Shown: positions 1-13,804 of the stretch, piece after piece
How the letters are laid out: every line of letters begins with the position of its first letter
Numbering within the stretch: the first letter of the stretch is position 1
NCBI RefSeq assembly: GCF_006345805.1
Contig: NC_043005.1
Location: 13,516,001-13,580,000, forward strand
Reading direction: 5' to 3'
Source: Octopus sinensis
Taxonomy: Eukaryota
Length of the DNA stretch: 64,000 nt
The notes under the pieces: generated by a model
The model's database searches: none
What the model was told of the DNA's origin: nothing
Seen by the model: only the letters and a program-made list of their open reading frames with translations
Position numbers and translations under genes: made by a program

Positions 1-57
1 CATGAAACTCAGTGTAACAGGTTTTGTTGAATTTTCTGCTGCTTTTAAATAAAGTAA

Positions 58-109
<52 letters not shown>

Positions 110-117
<8 letters not shown>

Positions 118-320
118 ATGTTTGTGTGTCTGTGTTTGTCACTCCAACATTGCTTGACAAACGATACTGGTGTGTTTACGTCTCTGTAACTTAGCGGTTC
201 AGCAAAAGAGACCGATAGAATAAGTACTAGGCTTACAAAGAATAAGTCCTGGGGTCGATTTGCTCGACTAAAAGCAGTGCTCCAGCATGGCTGCAGTCAA
301 ATGACTGAAACAGGTGAAAG
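110..320 (+). mobile_element. SINE A 3' half
   Basis: Family body and tail. Confidence 0.8.
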
Positions 321-699
321 AGTGTCAAATTCGTGAAGCGGATGATGACGATGATGATGGTAGTGGTGATGACAATAAAGATGATGATGATGTTGATGAT
401 GACGATGATGCTGACGATGACAACGACAATGACAATAGATAAAGAGAGCTGAAGGAAGATCTACAAATTTTGGGTAACTGATGTAACCAAATTCATGATG
501 ATGATGATGATGATGATGATGACAATGATGATGACGACGACAATAGATAAAGAGAGGTGAAGGAAGAAATACAAATATAAATTTTGGGAGACTGGTATAA
601 CCAAATTCAGGAGGAGGAGAACCTCAATGATGATGATGAAAAAGATGATCACAGGAAACAGAGAGATGAAGGAAATTCAACAAAATGAAACCAGCTTAC

Positions 700-786
700 C
701 TGCTGAAAAGTAACCAAGCCAAATCCTAAAAAGAACAATTTCCTTAAGTTTCCTGTTGACCTGAACAGGTCTTTCCAGCTGGACAT
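700..786 (-). CDS. SLC2A12: GLUT12-like exon 9 (MSSWKDLFRSTGNLRKLFFLGFGLVTFQQ; start of TM7)
   Basis: ttgcag|ATG...CAGCAG|gtaagc, 87 nt, phase 0-0; ends in the conserved QQ. Confidence 0.92.
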
Positions 787-2091
787 CTGCAATTAATTAC
801 CAATTACAATATTTTAATATCTATTTCTTTATTACCCACAAGGGGCTAAACACAGAGGGAACAAACAAGGACAGACATAGGTATTAAGTCTATTATATCG
901 ACCCCAGTTCGTAACTGGTACTTAATTTATCGACCCCGAAAGGATGAAAGGCAAAGTCAACCTCGTCGGAATTTGAACTCAATGTAACGCAGACGAAATA
1001 CCGCTAAGCATTTCGCCCGGCGTGCTAACGTTTCTGCCAGCTCGCCGCCTTATATCATTTCATATTAGCTTCATTATTTTGGTCACTTCTTTATAAATTG
1101 CCAAAATAAATGGTCAGTATTTGTCATATGCCCTTACTGAGAATTTATTGAGTACGTAATGCACAGCAAGAGGTGCTTCTGAAAGCTTGGTCATATGCAG
1201 AATGACCACAGGTCACTTGACTTATATAGAATAGTCTTCAGTGAGACTTAAGCAAACAAACACCTTTCAAATGACCAGGAATGTTATGCCTCAGTTGGTT
1301 AGTGTATGTCACGTGGGATGGAATTGTTGATTCAATAAGGCTGAGATTTTGAGATCGGAGTGATTTTGGGGTAACAGTAAGTGGTATCAGACATATGTAG
1401 CAATCAGCATTTTGCTCTAAGGCTGATGGTCATTTTCATTTTTTTTTATCCAACAAATAACAGATTTCTTCAAGAATCTGGAAATATTTCTGGACATGCC
1501 TGTTTTTTGTTTTTTTTTAAGAACTAGCTAATTTTAGGCTGATGACAGTTTCATGTAAAATTTTTAATTTTGGTTGACATATCCCGCAAGCAGTTTGTGT
1601 TGATTATATCAACTGGGCTGTTCAAACTTTCAGAATTCCAGGAATATCTGGTCCCAAAACTCCCACCTTGTGTAATATAGAGTAAAGATGATTCTGTACA
1701 GATTTGGTTTTGATGGAGTTTTGATCAATTTACATTGTTTGGAAGCATTCAACAGAAGTGACCCCCAGCTCCAGTATAAGATTGAACCCGTATTCAGTCA
1801 AAAAAATAAGTTGTCTCTGACAAATGAAAGAACTGATGGTTAGAATTTTGGGGGTACCTAGATTATCTCCATCATCATCGTTTAATGTCTGCTTTCCATG
1901 CAGGCATAGGTTGGACGGTTTGACTGAAGACTGACAAGCCAGTAGGCTGCACCAGGCTCCAATCTGCTCTGGCAAGGTTTCTACAGCTGGATGCCCTTCC
2001 TAACACCAACCACTCTGAGAGTGTAGTGGATGCTTTTTATGTGCCACCGTCGATGGAGACCAGTCAGGCTTGATATTATTTCTGGATTTTA

Positions 2092-2123
<32 letters not shown>

Positions 2124-5100
2124 GATGTGTGTATTTTATTTATTATACATGAATTCAACAAAGAGATCGATTGACTCACCTTCTCTTGATCTATGGTTGT
2201 TTTGATATTGTTTATTTCTTCTTCCATGTCAGCCTCACTGTGAAACCGTCTTAAAACCGCAGCAGCCTGTTAAAGATTTATTAATTCATTAACCATTATC
2301 CATATCATAAATCACTGTCATAACAGTAGCAACAATATCAATGATAGTAACTTCTGTCTTATCATAAGACAAACAAAGATGTAATCAATGATGATGATGA
2401 TGATGATGATCATCATCATCATCATTATCATTTAGCGTCCGCTTTCCATGCTAGCACAGGTTGGACGGTTCGACCGGGGTCTGGGAAGCCAGGAGGCTAC
2501 ACCAAGCACCAGTCTGATCTGGCAGTGTTTCTACAGCTGGATGCCCTTCCTAATGCCAACCACTCCGTGAGTGTAGTGGGTGCTTTTTACGTGCCACCCA
2601 CACAGGTGCCAGACGGAGCTGGCAGACGGCCATGAACGGATGGGTGCTTTTTACATGCCACCGGCACGGGGGCCAGGTGAGGCTGGCAGACGGCCACGGA
2701 CGGATGGTGCTTTTTACAATCCACCGGTACGGGGGGCCAGGCGAGGCTGGCAATGGCCACGATCGGATGGTGCTTTTTACGTGCCACTGGCACGGGGGCC
2801 AGGTGAGGCTGGCAGACGGCCACGATCGGATGGTGCTTTTTACATGCCACCGGCATGGGGGCCAGGCAAGGCTGGCAACGGCCACGAACAGATGGTATTA
2901 GTCACAAGGGTGACAGATGAAGGTATGTTACAATGGCAATTACAAAAATGGTAAGGGATTAATACAGAGTTGAGTTTAAAGAAATAACATGGCAAACAAC
3001 AGCACCTTTTTTTCCAAGTGAGGCTTGTAAAAGTTGAGGGTTTTCCAATCCCAGAAGGACGAAAGGCAAAATTGATTTTGGGGGGATTTCAAACATGAAT
3101 GTTGAGAATGGGAAAAAAAATTTAAGAAAACATTTTGCTTGACACTAATAATTTTGTCAAAAGTAATAAAACTAGTGATGACATTGATGACGATGATGAT
3201 GATGAGGAGGAGGAGGAGAGGGAGGATAGTTATGGTGGTTTTGTCATAATGTGAAACCTTACGTCTTGTCCAAGAAACAATTATTTAATCAACAGAAAAT
3301 AAACAGCTCCTATGTTCTTTGCAGGAGGCCATGCTATGCTGATGGAGAAAACTGTTTAAGATAGACTGGTAGCCGATGTCCAAGAGATTCATCCATTGTT
3401 TGCTTGACACATGAGAAGTGACATCACTCCTGTAATTGACCGATATGCAATCCTTTATGTTCCGAGTTAAAATCTTGTTGAGGCCAACTTCACCATCCAC
3501 CCTGCTGAGGGTCGATAAAATAAGTAGCAGTAATTAAAGATATAAACCTTAGCTAATGGTGTGTCTGGGGAGAGTCATTCTCTTTTGGTGCCTTATAATT
3601 TAGCACACTCACCGGTAAAATTTCCACTTTTTTATTTTTCAAAAATTTTCAGTGGAAATTTTACTGGTGGGTGTGTTAAATTGTAAGGCACTAAAAGAGA
3701 ATGACTCTCCCCAGACACAACAGAATATGCTTCAACACATGATCTCACATAAAGAATCTTGCAAACCAAATCCCAAAACGAAATAAAATAAGCTTTAGCT
3801 ACTGGGATTTATGTATTTGACTGTACTCTTTGTCATAATGTGAAACCTTACGTCTTGTCCAAGAAACAATTTTTTAATCAACAGAAAATAAACAGCTCAG
3901 GAGTGGCTGTGTGGTAAGTAGCTTGCTAACCAACCACATGGTTCCGGGTTCAGTCCCACTGCGTGGCATCTTGGGCAAGTGTCTTCTGCTATAGCCCTGG
4001 GCCGACCAATGCCTTGTGAGTGGATTTGGTAGACGGAAACTGAAAGAAGCCTGTCGTGTATATGTATATATATGTATGTATGTGTGTGTGTGTTTGTGTG
4101 TGTGTGTTTGTGTGTCTGTCTTTGTCCCCCTAGCATTGCTTGACAACCGATGCTGGTGTGTTTACGTCTCCGTCACTTAGCGGTTCGGCAAAAGAGACCG
4201 ATAGAATAAGTACTGGACTTACAAAGAATAAGTCCCGAGGTCGATTTGCTCGACTAAAGGCAGTGCTCCAGCATGGCCGCAGTCAAATGACTGAAACAAG
4301 TAAAAGAGTAAAAGAGCTCCTATGTTCTTTGCAGGAGGCCATTCTATGCTGGCAAAATTCATGTGGTTGACGTTCAGTTTGAAACCTTTTAGGTTAATAC
4401 TGGTGGGAAATCATGGGCAGCAAGAGAACCCAGGAGGTTGCAGTGCCAAGACAAAAAAAAAATGGTTAGGAAAAATGCTTAGGAAAGGATCTAGTGCATA
4501 TGTGTGTGTGTAAGGGTAGGGGGGCACAATACAGATCATGAAAGGAGCAAAAGTGAAGGTATCAGGTGGGAAGTGTTATGCAGTTTCTTATTTAAGAGGA
4601 GCAGATATTGTAATAACAGAAATGCTAAAATAGGCAGAGAGAAAGGAGCTAGAACTAGTGTTCTTAGTGAGCCAGAAGTTTTAGCTTGTAGGTGAGTATT
4701 TTATTTGTTAATCAGTTGAATGACTTTTGGAAGGATGTAGTGTAAGATGTTTGCAGAAGAAATTTAAATAGAATAAAATATATGTACAAAACTACCTGAG
4801 CTTCTTTCCCTTTTAATACCAAATATCTGGGACTTTGAGGTAGAAAAAGCATCATCAAGATTTGCAAAACAGCAAGAACCGATGACAGACCAAACATGTA
4901 TCTCCTGTTTGGGAAAGAAAAGAAAAGTTTTTGTTAAATAAAATAATATAAAATGCTTTATTTTATTATTTTAATGAGATAATATGTAAAATTAAACAGT
5001 AGTAAATAGTATATCCTCCTTGCCAGGGGTCTAACCAGTCCACTTATGTGTACCTTTTCTTTCTTTGGATACTAAACTCTGCTTGTGAAGACCTGTTGAG

Positions 5101-8100
5101 GCAAGTAAAATCAAAATCAAATTCGATGGCTGGCATCCGTGCTAGTGGGGTGCAAATAGCACCATATAAGTGTGATCGTTGATAGAGCAGCTAACCAACT
5201 TCCGTGCCAGTGGCACATAAAAGGCACTATTCGAGTGTGATCATTAGCAGCATTGCCTTACTGGTACTTGTGCCCATGCTAGTAGGGTGCTAAGAACACC
5301 ATCCAAGCATGATCGTTGCCAGAGCAGCTAACTGGCTTCCATGTCGGTGGCACATAAAAGGCACCATTCGAGTGTGATCGTTACCAGTGTCTCCTTACTG
5401 GCACCTGTACCGGTGGCATGTGTAAAAAGATTCGAGCGAGGTCATTGCCAGTACCGCTTGACTGGCCCCCATGCCGGTGGCACGTAAAAAGCACCCACTA
5501 CACTCTCAGAGTGGCTGGTGTTAGGAAAGGCATCCAGCTGTAGAAACTCTGCCAGATCAAGACTGAAGCCTGGTGCAGCCATCTGGTTCGCCAGCCCTCA
5601 GTCAAAATCGTCCAACCCATGCTAGCATGGAAAGCGGACGTTAAAAGATGATGATGATGATGATTTAGCATCCATTTTCTATGCTGGCAGAGGACTGCAC
5701 CAAGCTCCAATGTCTGTTTTGGCAAGATTACCTTAGCTAGATACCCTTCCTAATGTCAGGCGTCTTACCGAGTGTACTGGGTACTTTCTACACGGCACTG
5801 GCACCAGTGAGGTCATCAAGTAATTGACAAGACAAGACACCTCAACTGAGTTGGGTGTAGAATTGAGGGAAGTGACATTATTCCCGGTGATGAGAGGTTA
5901 GGGTATGAAAGGGGAACAGGAACAGGTGTCTTTCCGTAGGGGAGATACATGGCTACCCCAGTTGGAAAAGAGAAGAGATGATGGTGCAGATGTGTTACAA
6001 GGTGGCCTCAAGTTACAGGAAAATGAGTTCAAGTGGTACAGGCAGATGAGAAGGGGTTTCGTCAATAGAAGCAGACAGTATTTAAATTAAATAAAAGTTG
6101 ATATTTTATAAAGGGTAAAGGGTAAAGCACATGGCTCAGTGGTCAGAGCAGTGGTCTGCAAAGGTAGTACTGGGGTCTCTGAACATGTTAAGATGACAAA
6201 CCTTTCAATATCCTGGGGTCCATGGGAAAACTCATTTAAATAAAAGGGGTCCTTGGTAGTGAAAAGGTTGGAAACCATTGGGTTAGAGCATCAAGTTTAC
6301 AAACGTGAGGTTGTGAATTCAATTCCTGGACCAAGCTTTGTGATGTGTTCTTGAGCAAGGTACTTTTTTTTTCACATTGCTTCAGTTCACTCAGCTGTGG
6401 AAATGAGTTTTGATGTCACTAGTGCCAAGCTGTATCAGCCTTTGTCTTTCTCTTAGATAACATTGCTGGCATGGAGAAGGGGTGCTGGTATGCATGGGCA
6501 TCTGCTGGTCATCCGCAAACAACCTTCCTGGATTTGTACCTCAAAAGGGAACTTTCTAGGTGCAATCTCGTGGTCATTCATGACTGAAGGGAGTCTTTAA
6601 TCCCGTTACCTTACTCCTGATATTTTACGAATTAAACCAAAGTAGACAATTCCAAGAGCACAGTTGTAATAATTATAACACCAGTAGTAACCATAGCAAC
6701 AAGCAATTTCTTTTTCAAGAGAGTGAATGTGATTTGAAGAATATTTATCTGCTAATGATGGATGATCAAGTGATCTGATAGTGGTTCCTGACTTTACTGT
6801 ACTTCTCCAACCCTGTATCAACCACCTAGAAATCTAACTCTAAATAAATATATACACTAACAATGCAACTTAGTACCTCTCATAACCACCATCATATTCC
6901 TGAATCAACAAAGGAGGTTGACCCTGCTAAAAATAGCAGTAAAATGCCCTCACTTCAACACCTGAACGTTCTAGAAAACAGAAAGGATCCATTGTTTAAT
7001 TTAGTCCTAGCAGGGGTAGTCAATCTACTGATTGAACCAAGGAAACTATGTTGCTGATGTAATTTTTTTTTTCAAAATTGCCAATACTATTGTTGGTGAT
7101 AACACCTGATGGAGGTGTTATCAGTTTTTGGTGACATGGTGGAATTCGAACTCAAATTACACAGAATTGGAATAGACACCATGATACATCTCATCTGGTG
7201 CTCTAACAATTTACACAGTTCACCCCCATAGACAAATACATTTTTTTATGGACCTTGAAATATGAAGTTGACTTTGACAGGATTTGAACCCAGTGTACAG
7301 AGAGTTGGAACAAATACCACAAGGCACTCTGTCCAAACTTGTGATCAGAATACCTTTCACTAGCTATCACACTTAACAACATTAACCCTTTTGTTAGCAT
7401 ATTTCTGCTGAGATGCTCTGTGTTTCTTTCAATTACTTAAAATATAACAAGGAATTTAGTAAAATAATTCAGTTATCATCCAGCTAGTGTCAGGAACATA
7501 AATTGTGACTAAGGTTTGGTGGAAGATTTTAATTCAAAACATATGAAAACAAGAAATTTGTACTCAGAGCCGGGTTGGTAATGAAAGGGTTAATCAATGA
7601 GGGAGCTCTACATGACCACTCAAACTGAGTTAGAACTCACTCAACACTGCAATCTTAAAAAAGGAAGGCAACATTGAATAATGCATTTCTAGATACACAC
7701 AAAGATTGAATGGTCATGGCTGGATTGCCTCTGAACAAAGGTCAATTTTATCAGAGCTAACTAGGACTAAACAACAGTGAGTTAATGAAGAAATATTTAC
7801 AAGAGTCACTCAACTTGCTAGAAATAGCTGTTAATTCTCACTCATCTTATAAAAGAGACACACTGGATAATATTCTTTTCTACTCTAGGCACAAGGCCTG
7901 AAATTTTGGGGGAGGGGGTCAGTGGATTAGATTGACCCCAGTATGCAGCTGGTACTTAATTTAAAGACCCCGAAAGGATGAAAGGCAAAGTCGACCTTGG
8001 TGGAATTTGAACTCAGAACATAGACAAAATACCTATTTCTTTATTACCCCCAAGGGGCTAAACATAGAGGGGACAAACAAGGACAGACAAATGGATTAAG

Positions 8101-10170
8101 TCGATTATATCGACTCCAGTGTGTAACTGGTACTTAATTTATCGACCCCGAAAGGATGAAAGGCAAAGTCAACCTCGGTGGAATTTGAACTCAGAACATA
8201 GACAAAATACCGATAAGCATTTCACCCGGCATGTGAACGTTTCACCCAGCTCGCCAACTTACACACTGGATAATGTTGTCCAAGATACATTACTTATGAG
8301 AATATGAATGTGATGGTTACAAGTGGTCATTTTGTCTCTTTCAACATTTAGAGAGTGGAATTCATGTCACACAATTGTTTATCACTACAAAATTTGCTGA
8401 GCAGGTATTTTTTTGTATTATTCCCACCAAATGCAAATCAAGCCTCAGGCTTCTTGGAACTACATACAGATGGTAGATCCTCTGCTGTGTTAGTCAGAGT
8501 ATGCACTATGTCTATGACACTGAAATACCACAATCTCAGCTGTTTCCTCACTTATGTGGCCACAGAATGTGTAGTATTGCTGTAAGCAGTCACGACTTCC
8601 TGGTCACTACCATGGCTACATTCTTTGTTAAATGCTATCAGAATCTAGGACATGGAGTCGAACCATGTCACTATTTATAGTTGTCATTGTGGGAGGTCAC
8701 AATAGGAAGTTAAACTTAATTCTAGCACAAAAGAAGGTCATACTTTATAATGGTTCAACAGCTACTATGAATGTATATATATAGGTATTATATATCCAAG
8801 TGTATATATATCTGTGGAGTCTGCATTCTTAACATTTATGTCAGAAAGATCAGTGGCTCTAGCAACTTAGAGAAAGAGAAGATAAAAAAGTAGAAGAAAT
8901 AAAAAAAAAAGAAAAAGAAAAGAAAAACTTGAAAGAATCCCAAGGAGAGGAAACTCACCATCCATGTGCGACATTGATGTATAAAAAATTAATTAAATAT
9001 GATAAAACTAAGCCAATTGTTATTCCAAATTCGTTGAGAGATACTAGTTGGCCTCTTCTTTTCTGAAAAACACAAAATAATATTTATTATGTATTAGTAT
9101 ATTTATTAATATGTATGTGTGTATACACACGCATACATATATATATATATATATATAGCAGTTCGGCAAAAGAGACCGATAGATTAAGTACTGGACTTAC
9201 AAAGAATAAGTCCCGGGGTCGATTTGCTCGACTAAAGGTGGTGCTCCAGCATGGCCACAGTCAAATGACTGAAACAAGTAAAAGAGTAAAGAGTATACAA
9301 TGGGTTTCTTTCAGTTTCCGTCTACCTAATTCACTCACAAGGCTTTGGTCGGCCCAAGGCTATAGTAGAAGACACTTGCCCAAGGTGCCACGCAATGGGA
9401 CTGAACCCGGAACCATGTGGTCGGTAAGCAAGCTACTTACCACACAGCCACTCCTGCGCATGTATTCATAGATTTTTAATATGTTTTAATATTTTAATGA
9501 CGGATACATTTGTATATTTAAAAACTGATATACATCGATCCATGGCAGAATATATTCTTATTTAAATTAGAATGCTGAATATTGCAGATGAGATGACAAA
9601 AGGCTGAGATACCTGGTGCCTTGCTATACTCAAGAATACCCGCACTTCACAGAAGAAGACTGCTCCCTCTGGTGAAGAGGGTTGGCCTGTGCCGATGCCA
9701 TGTAAAAAGCCCCCAGCACACACAGTGGAGTGGTTGACATTAGGAAGGGCATCCAGCTGTAGAAACCATGTCAAACCAGATTGGGTCTGGTGCAGTTCAC
9801 CAGCTTGTGAGCTCTGGTCAAACTGTCCAACCTATGACAGCATGGAAAATGAACGTTAAATGATGATGATGATGATGATATAGACACATGCTTTTTTACA
9901 GGTGCCAACCAGTAGGCTTTACTCTTCCTAATTAAAGTTAGAAAAGTTATACATACTGCAGGTGATATCTCCGAGATATATACACATTCTGCTACAGAAG
10001 AAACTGATATGGCAAATCCTAGAACCAAACGGCCAATGACCTGGAGGAAGGAAGAAACACACATGAATATTATAAATTCTTTAATTAAAAGAAAAGTCTA
10101 AAACATGATCTAACATGCCTATGTTTTGGAAGTAGCAGGGGTGTCAAAGTCAGAAGGATATACCTATGAT

Positions 10171-10207
<37 letters not shown>

Positions 10208-10945
10208 GGGTGTAAGCTTGTATTTCCTCATGACTTTACAAATGTTTGCTTTATTGTCAATAGAGATAATATCATTTGCTTACAGTCAACAGTGAAAACA
10301 TGTCAAGGCTCTTTGATGTTCAATAGGCAAAAAGAATATTACATTGCTTGGAAACAGGTGAGGATTAGTAACAAGGTCACCTAGCCAGAGAAAGCATACC
10401 TCAATAAATGCCATGTAGACTTTAAAACAATGATGCTGAGTCTAAATTTGTGGTTATTGTCATACATGCAATAAAGGCAGCCACTGCACCTTGAGTATTA
10501 AGACATGTCCTCACCTGTGTGTGCATCACATGGTCTATTCAGTTTTGATGAATTGTAGCAGATGGAGTGGGAATCATTGAAAAAAATGTAAGTAAAAGAA
10601 AGAATGTGGTTGTTAAAGATGTTTGAAAGGCACCGGCACAAAGGCCCAGGGGGCAATATCATCATGTTTGGTGCAGTTTTTATTAAGAATCTTGTCTATG
10701 TTGGCATTTTGTTTTACATTGATTATTGGAAGAAGTGATTTCACAACAGCTGCGCACCTGTCTCTTCATATTGATAACTATTCTACTCTGAAGTAAGAAC
10801 AGAGCTTCAGTTAGGGTAACCTGACCCAGATGTATCATACCTTGAGTCATATTACAATAAGTGATGCAAGAGACAAAGTGTTGTGAGTGAATTCAGTAAA
10901 CAACAACTGTGAGGAAGTCTTTTGTATGTGCGTGCATATGCATGT

Positions 10946-10976
<31 letters not shown>

Positions 10977-12199
10977 GTTGTGTATATGTGTGTGTGTGTG
11001 CTTGCTCCATTCCACTACTTAACAACTGTGTTGGTTTGTTTACATCCCTGTAACTTGTTAATAAATACTGAAGTCAATTTGACTGAAATCCTTCAAAGGG
11101 TTGCTTCAGTATGGCCACTGTCCAATGTCAAAAACAATTAAAAGATAAAATATAAATGATGAAGAAGTTAACTGAAACGATGAAAGACTCTTACCAAAAT
11201 AGTAAATGATTGAGCAAGGGCAATAGTCAGGGAGCCCAGGATGAAGAAGAAACCATTTAAAACAATGGTAATCCATCTTCCTAATAAGTCAACAAGGAAA
11301 CCTGAAAAAAAAAAAAAACTGAAATTTTAGACACTATTATCACATGAAAGAAAAACTAGGGGTGGATGGGAAATGGAAATTGTGGGATGACGTCAGCAGC
11401 TGGGTGCGTTGACCGGAAGCTGGGGCAACCGGAAGGGGCAGCTGTCAGGCGTGCGCAGGCAGCGGTGAATTGGGCCTTTCCAACGTGGGTCGTCCAGGTG
11501 ACAAGACGTGTGAGGATGGTCGCTAAGGGTTTGGGTGAGCAGCTGCTAGCTTTAGTGTTCGGGTCGGGGCTGTGTCGAAGGATTAGCTACCACAGAAGGG
11601 TCTCCATCACGAAGAAGAGAAGGTAGGTGCCTTTATATTCAAATCGCGCACACACCAGAGAAATCAAAACAAATCAATTGATTGATAGTTTAACCCTTTG
11701 GAGACAGAGCCTCATTTGGAGTTTCAGTGGTAAGAAGATGGAGCCCTTTTCACAAGCCCTACAGAGGGCATGCACTTATCTTTCAAATAGAAATTATAAG
11801 AAATAGAGTAATTTCATATGTAAAACTAGATATATTCTTATAGAAAACTGAATGAACTAATACAATCTTCTTTGTCATTCAACATTTCGGCTGATAGATC
11901 AGTCATATTGTTTCCTAAGGCTTAATGTAATCACAATAGAAAAACATATAGAAACTCAGTGTTTTTTAGTCTTTTGTTTCAAACAACTGAAGTTATGGTC
12001 ATGCAGGAGCAATGATATAAATGCTTGGAAAAATTAAGAGTGGCTGTGTGGTAAGTAGATTGCTTACCAACCACATGGTTCCGGGTTCAGTCCCACTGCG
12101 TGGTATCTTGAGCAAGTGTCTTCTGCTATAGCCTCGGGCTGACCAAAGCCTTGTGAGTGGATTTGGTAGACAGAAACTGAAAGAAGCCCGTCGTATATA

Positions 12200-12256
<57 letters not shown>

Positions 12257-12450
12257 GTTTCTGTGTCTGTGTTTGTTCCCCCAACATCGCTTGACAACCG
12301 ATGCTGTTGTGTTTACGTCCCCGTAACTTAGCGGTTTGGCAAAAGAGACCTATAGAATAAGTACTAGGCTTACAAAGAATAAGTCGTGGGGTTCATTTGC
12401 TCGACTAAAGGCAATGCTCCAGCATGGCTACAGTCAAATGACTGAAACAA

Positions 12451-12489
<39 letters not shown>

Positions 12490-13772
12490 CACTTTCATAT
12501 TACCTTCACATTAACACTTGTAGAAGGAGTAAGGGGCCCTGCAACAGAATATACAGTTGCCACAGAAATACAGCCAAGCCAGACTGAATAATCAAAGATC
12601 TCTTAGATTGTGAGGTGTGACAACTAAGCTGAAAACAATAAACCAATATCCCATCTTTTTTTGCATTTTTCACAAAACAGCAGTTGTAGTAGGGAAGCAC
12701 AAAGTGGGGTTCTTGAATTGTCACAAAAAGGGCCTGCTCTCTCTCTCTCTCTCTCAATACATACACACAATTTGTCAAAGATTTAGAGAAGAAATTCCAT
12801 GGCTTCTTAAAGCAAACCTGAGAATCGAGAGGTTTCAAAGGAAACCTAGCAAAAACAAAAGGTTTTGGCAAGTCAGAAAGAAGACAGAACTCTACTAAAA
12901 TCTGAAAAGATCCATGCTTAATATGCATAAAATTTGCACAAAACTACCATAATGTCTCTAATCCTTCATTGTAATTGCACTCATGATCCAATTTCAGGTC
13001 TTTATAGTACAACATGCTGTGAGCTGGCAGAAACGTTAGCACACCGGGTGAAATGCTTAGCAGTATTTCATCTGCCGTTATGTTCTGAGTTCAAATTCTG
13101 CCGATGTCGACTTTGCCTTTCATCAATTCGGGGTCAATAAATTAAGGACCAGTTATGCACTGGGGTCAATGTAATCAACTTAATCCCTTTTATCTGTCCT
13201 TGTTTGTCCCCTCTATGTTTGACCTCTTGTGGGCAATAAAGAAATAAGTACAACATGCTGCCAGATAACTATCATGACACACCGAAATTGTTGAAAGCAT
13301 TCAATCAACAATTGCTCTAGCTTTCCCAGTTTTGCTTATGCCCATTTGCTTCTCAGTATCGCTTTCTATAAAGAATCAAAATATTTTTTCCCCACTGTAT
13401 TTCTTTATGACATAAATAATCATCAAAAGACAATAGAATTCATGTCAACAGATTTCACACAAAAAACACACAAAACAATTCTGCCATAATTCCCACCTTC
13501 CTCTGCATTCATTTGGGTTTGGGTTTAGTACAAAACTACTTGCACAGTGACTGGAAGCCATAACTCTTTTCTCTTTTACTTGTTTCAGTCATTTGACTGC
13601 GGCCATGCTGGAGCACCGCCTTTAGTCAAGCAAATCGACCTCAGGACTTATTCTTTGTAAGCCCAGTACTTATTCTATCGGTCTCTTCTGCCAAACCGCT
13701 AAGTGACGGGGACGTAAACACACCAGCATCGGTTGTCAAGCAATGCTAGGGGGACAAACACAGACACACAAG

Positions 13773-13804
<32 letters not shown>

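Noticed and set aside
461-652. 63-aa hydrophobic I-rich ORF (also 41125-41370)
   Set aside because: Reverse translation of (GAT)n and (ATT)n microsatellites.
2550-2954. Four overlapping ORFs and a CRISPR-like periodic pattern
   Set aside because: SINE-internal minisatellite: units are contiguous with no unique spacers, the context is eukaryotic and there are no cas genes.
12501-12600. Possible phase 1-0 exon (EIFDYSVWLGCISVATVYSVAGPLTPSTSVNVK) that could alternate with GLUT exon 4
   Set aside because: Weak acceptor and no similarity to motif A or TM3; exon 11195-11301 already completes the protein.
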